Notes: generated by a model not told the origin, from the letters alone. Shown: positions 1-7,671, counted from the first letter of the stretch. The stretch: DNA of 12,125 nucleotides from a candidate division WOR-3 bacterium (GCA_039803745.1 JBDRZD010000017.1:1-12125), one strand, 5' to 3'. A program made the numbers and translations.

Positions 1-138
1 ATAAGGGATTTAAGCAAGTTTCTTTTAAAAGGGAAGGAGAATAAAATAGTTATAAACAATCTATCAAAGGGAGTATATTTTATAAAGTTTAAGGCAGGTG
101 AATATAGAAAGGATTTAAAGGTTATAAAGGTAAGATAA
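1..138 (+). CDS. 3' end of a secreted protein with a T9SS/Por-type (type A) C-terminal sorting domain (5'-partial)
   Basis: Not in the ORF track. Frame 1 reads IRDLSKFLLKGKENKIVINNLSKGVYFIKFKAGEYRKDLKVIKVR then TAA at 136-138. LSKGVYFIK...KVIKVR matches the LxxGxYxx...KxxK pattern of type A sorting tails. Confidence 0.75.
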   Translation: MRDLSKFLLKGKENKIVINNLSKGVYFIKFKAGEYRKDLKVIKVR

Positions 139-1275
139 TCAATATATAAATTCAAGAACATTGTAAAAAGAAATTAAGGAGGGGGAAGGGGTTATATTTT
201 TTAAAATTGAATTTTTTTGTTTTTCAATTTCTTCAAAATTTAAATCTTTTATATTTTCTTTTTTTGCCTTTTCTAAATAAGGTAAATCTTCAAAAATCAC
301 AAAATCAGAAAAATAAATTATATCGTTTTTATCAAGTGATAAGTCTTTTAAAATTTTAACTGTTTCCTTTATATGTTCCTCATAAAATTTATTTCCACCT
401 ATTCCTATCATTATTATTATTCCAACAGAAATTCCTGAATTTTTTAATTTATGAACTATTTCTTTTAAATTTTCAGGGTCTTGATATTTTTCAAGAAATT
501 CTAAAAGTTTCTTACTCCCGCTTTCAAGCCCTATATAAATCCTTTCAAATCCGTATTTTTTAATCTCTTTAAAAAATTCTCTACTTCTTTTAATTCCAGT
601 AAAAATATCCATGAATGAATATATTTTTCTTTTTTCATCATATTTTCTTATAATTTCAAGAATTTTTAAAAATTCCTTTTCAGGAAGAAGTATTGCATTT
701 GCATCCCCTAAAAAAATTGATTTTCTTAAAGAAATTCCTCTTCCAAGAAAATCATAAACTTTTTTTAGATGCTCTTCAAATTCTTTTTCCTTTTTAATTT
801 TAAAAATCTTCTTTTTATAAAAATTACAGAAAATACATTTTCCATAATTGCACCCCTCAACAACCTGCAGATATATTGAAAGATATTGATCGGGTGGCAA
901 AATTGTTATATCAGAATAAATTTCGTAAAATTTTTTTTCATTCTCTTTCCAGAATTCTTCCCCTTTTTTTATTACAATTTCTGCCTCCTTTTCATCAATT
1001 TCTTCTTTTTCCTTTTTAATTTTTTTATTTTCTAAAATTTTTAAAGAAATTTCATAAATTTTTTTATCAATTTCTTTTTTTTCATCCTTATTTAATTTTT
1101 TTAAAAATGGTCTTCTTTTTTTTAATATCTCACCATTTAAACCCTTTCTATATCCAAATCCATCAATATATGAATAATACCATCTTCCTTCCCAATCATA
1201 ACTTATCAAATTAAAATTTTTATCGCTTAAAATTATTGAACTTTCCTTTAAATATATTCCTTCAAATTCTTTCAA
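139..1275 (-). CDS. Radical SAM protein (COG1032-like, Cx4Cx2C) with an uncharacterised N-terminal region of about 120 aa
   Basis: ILPPDQYLSIYLQVVEGCNYGKCIFCNFY cluster motif (Cys codons 852-826), IFLGDANA and RIYIGLESGS core motifs. The TTG start overlaps the upstream TGA (TTGA, 1275-1272), with GAGG about 12 nt upstream. Confidence 0.85.
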   Translation of the reverse strand: MKEFEGIYLKESSIILSDKNFNLISYDWEGRWYYSYIDGFGYRKGLNGEILKKRRPFLKKLNKDEKKEIDKKIYEISLKILENKKIKKEKEEIDEKEAEIVIKKGEEFWKENEKKFYEIYSDITILPPDQYLSIYLQVVEGCNYGKCIFCNFYKKKIFKIKKEKEFEEHLKKVYDFLGRGISLRKSIFLGDANAILLPEKEFLKILEIIRKYDEKRKIYSFMDIFTGIKRSREFFKEIKKYGFERIYIGLESGSKKLLEFLEKYQDPENLKEIVHKLKNSGISVGIIIMIGIGGNKFYEEHIKETVKILKDLSLDKNDIIYFSDFVIFEDLPYLEKAKKENIKDLNFEEIEKQKNSILKNITPSPSLISFYNVLEFIY

Positions 1276-3887
1276 GGTATGAATATTTCCTCAATAAATC
1301 TTGAAGGAACTTGTGGGATTCCAAATCTTTTTAATGGGTATATAAGATAAACTCTTTCTGTTGCCCTTGTTAGTGCAACATAAAAAAGCCTTCTTTCTTC
1401 TTCAATTTCTTTGATATTAGATAATGCTCTTGAAATTGGAAATGAACCTTCATAAAGTCCGCTTATAAATACAAATTTAAATTCAAGTCCCTTTACTCCA
1501 TGGGCTGTTGAAAGGAAAACGCCTTCTTCCTTTTTTTCATGTTCAAGAAAACTCGAAAGATTTAAAGCATCAATAAATTCCTTTATTTTTTTATATCCTT
1601 TACTCATCATTAATAGTTCATTTATATTTTCAAATTCATCAATTTCATCCCTTTCTTTCAAAAATTTTAAATATTCAGTAACTTCAAGAAATTCTTTCAA
1701 AATTTCATAGGGAGAGAGTTCCTTTGAAAATTCTAAATGTTTTTTTATTGTTTCAGAAATATTTTTAAAATACTTATCTTCTATTTTTCTATTACTTAAA
1801 AGCATATCCCTTGTTTTTGGAATACTTCTCTCAAATCTCAACAAAAATTTCTCAAGTGGAAAATTAAGAAATGTTTTTTTACCAGAAACTAAAAATTCAA
1901 GATAACTTATAAGGGCTTTTACTTCACTTCTTGTATAAAATCCACTTTTACCTATTAAATTATAAGGTACTCCTCCTTTTATAAAAATTTCTTCTATCTT
2001 TCTGCCCTTACTTGTAGTTCTTGTTAGAATTGCTATATCAGAATAATTCACCCCTTTTTTCAAAAGTGAATTTATTTCATTAAATATAAATTTTGCTTCT
2101 TCATTTTCATTTTCCACTTTTATTACTTTCAAAGAATCCTCACCTTTTTTACTTGTAATAAATATTTTATTTTCTCTATCTTTATTTTTCTTTATCAGGT
2201 TCTGGGCAGCAATGTATATTTTTTCCGGCAACCTGAAACTCTTTGTTAACCTGAATTTTTTGCATTCCGGAAAATATTTTTCAAACTTCCGCATCCACTC
2301 TCCTCTTGCACCTCTAAATCCATATATCGCCTGATCCTCATCACCTGTTACATAAAGATTTTTATGATAAGAAGATAAATATAAAACAAACTGGAATTCT
2401 GCAGGATTTATGTCTTGGAATTCATCAACAAAAATATATGTATATTTTTCTGAAAATCTTTTCCTTACATCTTCATATTTCTTTAAAATTTCATTTGCAT
2501 AAAAAAGAATATCATCATAATCTAAAATTTTTGATTCCCTCAATTTTTTTTGATAGATTCCATAAATTTTTGCACAGAACTTCTGCCATTCACTCGTTGC
2601 AACTTCTTCCATCTTTGAAGGGGTTAAAAGGTGTGCCTTTGCAATCTGTATTTCTTCAAGGATCGCTTTAACCTGTTCATTTCCTATTCCCTTTGCACAT
2701 TTTTTTAAAATTTCAATTTGTTCGTTTCTATTTAAAATTTTAAATTCCTCTTTTGGCAGATCAATTCTATCTCCTGCATAGTAAAGTACTAAAAGACCAG
2801 CCCAGTGAAATGTTCCAATATTTAAATTTATAAATTCTTCTTTTGATAAAAGTTTACTTATTTTTTCCCTTAAATCCCTTAAAGTTTTTCCTGCAAAGGT
2901 AAGAACAAGTATATTTTCTGGTGGAACATTTTTTTCTTTTATAAGATATGCAACTTTTCTTGCAAGACATGTGGTTTTTCCACATCCTGCTCCCCCCCAT
3001 ACATGTATAGTTCCTTCACTTTTAATTATCTCTTTTTGTTCTTCTGTAAGATCCTCAAAAATATCAATTTCCTTTTTAAATATTATTTCACTTTCTACTC
3101 CTATAGTTTCAGGTTTTTCAAACAAATCTTCTTTCATCTTTTCACAGGAAGAATATCTTTTTGAAATATCAGGTTCAAGTGCCTTTTTTATAACAACATG
3201 AAAATTTTTTGGAATTGAAGGGGATAAAGGCACGTATTTCCCCTTTTCAATCTTACTTTTAAGTTCAGCAAAATTATCTGCCTTAAAAGGTGGCTCACCT
3301 GTTAGCATCTCATATAAAATGCATCCAACACCAAATATATCTGTTTGAGGAAGATATTTACCTTCCCATCCTTCAGGTGCAAGATAAATTGGTGTTCCTG
3401 CAAAAGAAAGTGAAAGTAAAGCGCCTTTAAAAAGTGCAGCGAGTCCAAAATCAGTTATTTTTACATTTCCAGTTTTTTTTTCAATCAAAATGTTTTCAGG
3501 TTTTATATCTCTATGTAAGAATCCCTTTTTATGGGCATATGAAAGTGCATCAAGAATTTGCACTGTTATATTTTTTATTTTTTCAATTTCAAGTTTCCTT
3601 TCCCCGATTAAATTCCTTAAAGATTCTCCATCAACATACTCCATTACAAGACATATTTTATTTTCAATTATATCAATACTATAAAACCTGACAATATTAT
3701 TATGATTAAGTTCTGATAAAATTCTTGCTTCCTTTTTTAAAATTTCAATTTCTTTTTCATATAATCTTGAAACCTTTATTGCAAATTCTTTATCAATTAT
3801 TTTATCTTTTGCAAGATATACATCTCCAAAAGAACCGCCTCCAAGCCATCTTATTATCTCATATTTCCCAAATTCCTTTCCTATCAT
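1272..3887 (-). CDS. Hanks-type Ser/Thr protein kinase fused to a UvrD/PcrA/Rep-like SF1A helicase
   Basis: aa ~9-256: LGGGSFGDVY, AIK, HRDIKPEN, DFG, GTPIYLAPE, DIFGVG. aa ~277-871: LTEEQ, GGAGCGKT, GTFH, DEFQD, GDEDQAIYGFRGA, SFR, TAHGVKGLEF, EERRLFYVALTRA, PSRF. One uninterrupted frame. Confidence 0.93.
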   Translation of the reverse strand: MIGKEFGKYEIIRWLGGGSFGDVYLAKDKIIDKEFAIKVSRLYEKEIEILKKEARILSELNHNNIVRFYSIDIIENKICLVMEYVDGESLRNLIGERKLEIEKIKNITVQILDALSYAHKKGFLHRDIKPENILIEKKTGNVKITDFGLAALFKGALLSLSFAGTPIYLAPEGWEGKYLPQTDIFGVGCILYEMLTGEPPFKADNFAELKSKIEKGKYVPLSPSIPKNFHVVIKKALEPDISKRYSSCEKMKEDLFEKPETIGVESEIIFKKEIDIFEDLTEEQKEIIKSEGTIHVWGGAGCGKTTCLARKVAYLIKEKNVPPENILVLTFAGKTLRDLREKISKLLSKEEFINLNIGTFHWAGLLVLYYAGDRIDLPKEEFKILNRNEQIEILKKCAKGIGNEQVKAILEEIQIAKAHLLTPSKMEEVATSEWQKFCAKIYGIYQKKLRESKILDYDDILFYANEILKKYEDVRKRFSEKYTYIFVDEFQDINPAEFQFVLYLSSYHKNLYVTGDEDQAIYGFRGARGEWMRKFEKYFPECKKFRLTKSFRLPEKIYIAAQNLIKKNKDRENKIFITSKKGEDSLKVIKVENENEEAKFIFNEINSLLKKGVNYSDIAILTRTTSKGRKIEEIFIKGGVPYNLIGKSGFYTRSEVKALISYLEFLVSGKKTFLNFPLEKFLLRFERSIPKTRDMLLSNRKIEDKYFKNISETIKKHLEFSKELSPYEILKEFLEVTEYLKFLKERDEIDEFENINELLMMSKGYKKIKEFIDALNLSSFLEHEKKEEGVFLSTAHGVKGLEFKFVFISGLYEGSFPISRALSNIKEIEEERRLFYVALTRATERVYLIYPLKRFGIPQVPSRFIEEIFIP

Positions 3888-4648
3888 TTTCCATATTTTC
3901 TCTTTATTTCAGGTATCCATTTTTTAATATTTTTAATTCTTGTTCCATGAGATGGATGGGTTGACAGAAATTCGGGAATTTTATCACCACTTTTTTTCTC
4001 CATCTTCTCCCAGAAACTTAAGGCGCCTTCAAGATTATATCCAGATTTTGCCATAAATATTAATCCTAAATAATCCGCTTCTTCTTCATGCTTTCTTGAA
4101 AACGGTAATAATATTCCGAGCTCTACTGTAACCCCATATGCAATTTTTGCGATTTCAATTGTTTTATGCCTTTCTTTTTGAAGGGCTATTTCAAGAGCCA
4201 TTCCACCGAGCTGTGCTAAAAGAAGTTGGCTCATCCTTTCTCCTCCATGTCTTGCAACAATATGTCCAATCTCATGTCCTATAACAACTGCAAGTTCATC
4301 ATCATTTTCAATTATTTTTAAAAGTCCGGTATAGACGCATACTTTACCACCGGGTAAAGCGAAGGCATTTATAACTTTATCATTATCAATTACTCTAAAA
4401 TCCCATTTTTCCTTTCTCCTTAAACCTGCTGCATTAATTATATTCCTTCCAACCCTTTCAACCGTTTCATTTAAACTTTTATCATCTGAAAATTTTTCAC
4501 TTTTTTTAATTTCCAAAAATGCTTCTTCTCCAAGTGTTCTTTCAATTTCCAAAGGGAAAAGGATGAGTTGTTTTCTTTCAGTATATGGAACAGTCCTGCA
4601 CATATATAAAATTAAAAAAAGTGAAAAAATGTATTTTAAATTTTTCAT
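3884..4648 (-). CDS. M48-family zinc metalloprotease (Oma1/LoiP/YfgC-like), probable lipoprotein
   Basis: INAFALPGG, ELAVVIGHEIGH (HExxH), FSRKHEEEAD, FLSTHPS. The N-terminus has Lys residues, a hydrophobic stretch and Cys17 (LYMC, an atypical lipobox). AAGGAGGT lies upstream. Confidence 0.9.
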   Translation of the reverse strand: MKNLKYIFSLFLILYMCRTVPYTERKQLILFPLEIERTLGEEAFLEIKKSEKFSDDKSLNETVERVGRNIINAAGLRRKEKWDFRVIDNDKVINAFALPGGKVCVYTGLLKIIENDDELAVVIGHEIGHIVARHGGERMSQLLLAQLGGMALEIALQKERHKTIEIAKIAYGVTVELGILLPFSRKHEEEADYLGLIFMAKSGYNLEGALSFWEKMEKKSGDKIPEFLSTHPSHGTRIKNIKKWIPEIKRKYGK

Positions 4649-5151
4649 TTTAACCTCCTTTTACATTCATCACAAATTTTATAATCCTTAAAATCGGTAT
4701 CATGAATTGAATTTGAAAAAGCCATAACACATCTTTTATTTTTACAATGATTAAGTCCTTTTAAATGCCCCAATTCATGGATTATCTCCTTTGCTATTCT
4801 TAAAATTAAAATTTCCTCATTTTCTTTTTTACCATAAAAACTTTCTCTTAATCTTTTTATTGAAATAATTCCCCTTTTACCATTTATACTCTCTGCAACT
4901 CCGAAAACAAAGTTTAATCCCTCAACATAAATATCCTTATCACATATTCCGATCACTTTATCTTCACAATAAGGTACATGCTCTAAAACACATATAGCAT
5001 CATACTGGTTTCTTTTACAATTCAAACAATTTTCAGGGAAAGAAATACTTCCAAGTATATTCACTTTTTCCTCGTAAACTTCCTCAACATAAAATTTTGC
5101 TTTCTCAATATAATCTAAATTTATATCTCCCATCGGAATAAGATATATCAT
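4645..5151 (-). CDS. Archaemetzincin (peptidase M54, AmzA-like) zinc metalloprotease
   Basis: HELGHLKGLNHCKNKRCVMAFSNS...D...CDEC gives HExxHxxGxxH, the Cys4 zinc site and the Met-turn. RNQYDA and LNFVFGVA are family motifs. Start moved to the ATG at 5151 (MIYLIPMG) because the TTG at 5187 lies in the promoter. Confidence 0.88.
   Translation of the reverse strand: MIYLIPMGDINLDYIEKAKFYVEEVYEEKVNILGSISFPENCLNCKRNQYDAICVLEHVPYCEDKVIGICDKDIYVEGLNFVFGVAESINGKRGIISIKRLRESFYGKKENEEILILRIAKEIIHELGHLKGLNHCKNKRCVMAFSNSIHDTDFKDYKICDECKRRLK
4653..4660 (-). promoter_or_regulatory. Shine-Dalgarno site of the M48 protease gene
   Basis: AAGGAGGT on the minus strand, 4 nt before the ATG at 4648, inside the end of the archaemetzincin gene. 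Confidence 0.75.
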
Positions 5152-5158
5152 AATTTTA

Positions 5159-5187
5159 ATTATAATATAAATTGAATTTTTTTTCAA
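5159..5187 (-). promoter_or_regulatory. sigma70-type promoter for the leftward operon, probably leaderless
   Basis: Minus strand TTGAAA (5187-5182), 17-bp spacer, TATAAT (5164-5159), then 7 nt to the ATG at 5151. No SD present. Confidence 0.7.
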
Positions 5188-5201
5188 TTACTCTTTATAA
5201 T
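5172..5201 (+). promoter_or_regulatory. sigma70-type promoter for GTPase-thiI, probably leaderless
   Basis: TTGAAT (5172-5177), 18-bp spacer, TATAAT (5196-5201), then 6 nt to the ATG at 5208. No SD present. Confidence 0.7.
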
Positions 5202-5207
5202 TTAATT

Positions 5208-6200
5208 ATGCCAGCAAATTTGCCACCTCAATATCATGCAGCATATCAAAAATATAGAGAGGCAAAAACCATTGAAGAGAAAATTGCTGCTTTAAAAGAA
5301 ATGTGGGCAGTAATGCCAAAGCATAAAGGGACTGATAAATTACAGGCAGAGATAAAAAGAAAACTGGCACAACTTAAAGAAGAACTGGAGTTAGAAAAAA
5401 AGAGGAAAAAAGGTGGCGGTTTTCAATTCCCTGAAAGGGAAGGGGCAGGGCAAGCCTGTCTTTTAGGTCCACCAAATTCTGGTAAATCAAGCCTTTTAAA
5501 GGTTCTCACAAATGCAAATCCAGAAATTGCAGATTATCCCTTTACAACTCAGACAATAATCCCTGGCATGATGCCATATGAAGATATTAAAATTCAAATT
5601 GTTGATTTGCCTCCTTTTACTGGTGAAGAAGTAATATGGTGGCAAAGGGAAGTTGTTAGGATGTGTGACCTTGTTTTATTTATTCTTGATATTTCAAAGG
5701 ATGACCTGGTGGATGATTTTGAAAAAATAAAAAGTTATCTTGAAACTAAAAATATATTTTTAATAGGTAAAAATGTAAGAAAAGAAGAAGAATTTGGGGG
5801 TCCTGCTAAAAAAAGGACAATACTTGTATTTAACAAATTTGATGTTGAAGGAGCAAATAAAAGGTTTGAAAGTATTAAAGAATTTTTTGAAAAAGAATAT
5901 GATTTAATACCTATTTCCTGTAAAAACCTTTATAATATTGATTCATTAAAGGAAATGATATTTAAAAATCTTGAGATAATAAGAGTTTATACAAAAGAAC
6001 CCGGAAAGCCACCTGATTTAACTGATCCTTTAATTTTGCCTCTTGGTTCGAAAGTTATAGATGCTGCTTATAAACTACATAAAGATTTTGCAGAAAAATT
6101 AAAACATGCGAGAATATGGGGTTCTTCTAAGTTTGGTGGGCAAAGAGTTCCAAAGGATTATATTTTAAAGGATAAAGATATTGTTGAATTTCATATATGA
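5208..6200 (+). CDS. DRG/OBG-family GTPase with C-terminal TGS domain (Rbg1/DRG-like)
   Basis: N-terminal MPANLPPQY...PKHKGTDKL, G1 GPPNSGKS, G2 YPFTT, G3 DLPP, G4 NKFD, TGS tail IIRVYTKEPG...LHKDF...ARIWG...GQRV...LKDKDIVEFH. Start reassigned from TTG 5172 to ATG 5208. Confidence 0.88.
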   Translation: MPANLPPQYHAAYQKYREAKTIEEKIAALKEMWAVMPKHKGTDKLQAEIKRKLAQLKEELELEKKRKKGGGFQFPEREGAGQACLLGPPNSGKSSLLKVLTNANPEIADYPFTTQTIIPGMMPYEDIKIQIVDLPPFTGEEVIWWQREVVRMCDLVLFILDISKDDLVDDFEKIKSYLETKNIFLIGKNVRKEEEFGGPAKKRTILVFNKFDVEGANKRFESIKEFFEKEYDLIPISCKNLYNIDSLKEMIFKNLEIIRVYTKEPGKPPDLTDPLILPLGSKVIDAAYKLHKDFAEKLKHARIWGSSKFGGQRVPKDYILKDKDIVEFHI

Positions 6201-7636
6201 AAACATATCTTATAAGACTTGGAGAAACTTTATTAAAAGGGAAAAAAACAAGATTAAATTTTTTAAATATTTTAATAAATAACATTAAAGATGCTTTTTA
6301 TAGAGAAAATATAAATTATGAAAATTTGCATCATGAATGGTCAAGAATATTCTTTGATTCAAATGATGAAAGATGTGAAGAAATTTTGAAAAGAATATTT
6401 GGGATAGTTTCCTTTTCAAAAACACAAAAATTTGAATGGCTTTCCTTTGATGATTTGCTTTTAAAAGGTAAAGATTTTTTTTTGCCACTTATTAAAGATA
6501 AGAAGTTTGCAGTAAGGGCAAGGGTAACTGGTGCAAATTTAAGTTCAAGGGAAATTGAAATAAAACTTGGTTCATTACTTTATGAATTTTCAAAAGGTGT
6601 TGACCTTGAAAATCCTGAAATTACTTGTTTTGTTGAGGTAAGGGATAAAAATGTTTATTTTTTTAATGAAATAATAAAATGTGAAGGGGGTCTTCCACTT
6701 GGTAGCCAGGGTAAAGCAATTTCCCTTTTATCAGGTGGATACGATTCAGCAGTTGCTTCATTTTTAATGGCAAAAAGGGGTGTTCATGTAGATTTTCTTT
6801 TTTATAATCTTGGAGGTTTTTCCCATTTAAACGCTTCTTTTAATGTTGCAAAAATATTGTGGAAAAAATGGGGATATGGAATAAAACAGAAGTTTTTTGT
6901 TTGTGATTTAAGACCTGTTGTTTCTGAAATCAAAAATAAAATAAATGAAAAATACTGGAATATTGTTTTAAAAAGAATAATGTTTAAGATTGCAGATAGA
7001 TTTGTAAAAGAGAATGATTATGAAGGATTTATAACAGGTTCTTCTGTTGGACAGGTTTCCTCACAGACACTTAGAAATTTAAGAATTTCAGCATATGGAA
7101 TATCTTCACCTATTTTTCATCCCCTTTTAAGTTTTGATAAAACAGAAATAATAGAGATTTCAAAAAAGATTGGGACATATAGGATTTCTGAAAAAATTAG
7201 GGAATACTGTGCGATAACGCCTCTAAAACCTGTAACAAGACCATCATTAGAAGAGGTTCTCGAAGAAGAAAATAAGATTTCAAAGGAATTGATTGACTAT
7301 ATTTTTTCTTATATTACAGAGATTGATCTTGATAAGGATATTGAAGATTTATTTATAAGTGTAGAGGAGATTGAAGAAGATAGTGTTATAATAGATATAA
7401 GAGAAAATAAAGAGGAAAAAATAAAAGGAGCAATTGAAATGGATTTATTTGACCTTCTTACATATTCAGATAATTTATCAAAAGAAAAAAAATATATAAT
7501 AATATGTGAATTCGGTTTGAGGTCTGAAGAGGCTGCAAAAAGAATGAAAGAAATGGGTTTTAATGTAAAAAATTTTCTTGGTGGATTTGATAATTTTAAG
7601 AAAAAATTCCCTGAATTCATTTTAAAGGAATATTGA
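6197..7636 (+). CDS. thiI: tRNA 4-thiouridine(8) synthase ThiI with THUMP, PP-loop and C-terminal rhodanese domains
   Basis: RLGETLLKGK, RIFGI, FAVRAR, VDLENPE (THUMP), GGLPLGSQGK, LLSGGYDS (PP-loop), GQVSSQT, EYC, and rhodanese IIDIR...CEFGLRS...NFLGGF. ATGA overlap with the GTPase. Confidence 0.92.
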   Translation: MKTYLIRLGETLLKGKKTRLNFLNILINNIKDAFYRENINYENLHHEWSRIFFDSNDERCEEILKRIFGIVSFSKTQKFEWLSFDDLLLKGKDFFLPLIKDKKFAVRARVTGANLSSREIEIKLGSLLYEFSKGVDLENPEITCFVEVRDKNVYFFNEIIKCEGGLPLGSQGKAISLLSGGYDSAVASFLMAKRGVHVDFLFYNLGGFSHLNASFNVAKILWKKWGYGIKQKFFVCDLRPVVSEIKNKINEKYWNIVLKRIMFKIADRFVKENDYEGFITGSSVGQVSSQTLRNLRISAYGISSPIFHPLLSFDKTEIIEISKKIGTYRISEKIREYCAITPLKPVTRPSLEEVLEEENKISKELIDYIFSYITEIDLDKDIEDLFISVEEIEEDSVIIDIRENKEEKIKGAIEMDLFDLLTYSDNLSKEKKYIIICEFGLRSEEAAKRMKEMGFNVKNFLGGFDNFKKKFPEFILKEY

Positions 7637-7662
7637 CTTATTTTCATTTTTTATGTTAATAT
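7633..7662 (+). promoter_or_regulatory. Putative internal sigma70 promoter with extended -10
   Basis: TTGACT (7633-7638, overlapping the thiI stop), 18-bp spacer, TGtTAATAT (7654-7662), then 9 nt to the ATG at 7672. No SD present. Confidence 0.5.
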
Positions 7663-7671
7663 TAATATCTC

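Noticed and set aside
139..1275. Calling the radical SAM protein a viperin or RiPP maturase
   Set aside because: Cys spacing and flanking motifs do not match viperin, and there is no SPASM domain or visible precursor peptide.
1272..3887. Assigning the fusion to Gabija, BREX or a pknB/pcrA symbol
   Set aside because: No OLD nuclease, Pgl genes, NERD or PASTA/TM domains are present, so no known system or symbol fits.
2438..3964. Five short plus-strand ORFs (2438, 2971, 3434, 3490, 3725)
   Set aside because: Antisense shadows of the kinase-helicase and M48 genes, with no recognisable motifs.
5152..5207. ORF-track TTG starts at 5187 (-) and 5172 (+)
   Set aside because: They make the divergent genes overlap, add 12 low-complexity residues each, and coincide with the TTG of the -35 boxes. 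ATG 5151 and ATG 5208 fit better.
6285..7647. Minus-strand ORFs 6285-6488 and 7309-7647
   Set aside because: Antisense to thiI. Their composition is what the reverse complement of a Lys/Glu-rich gene gives.
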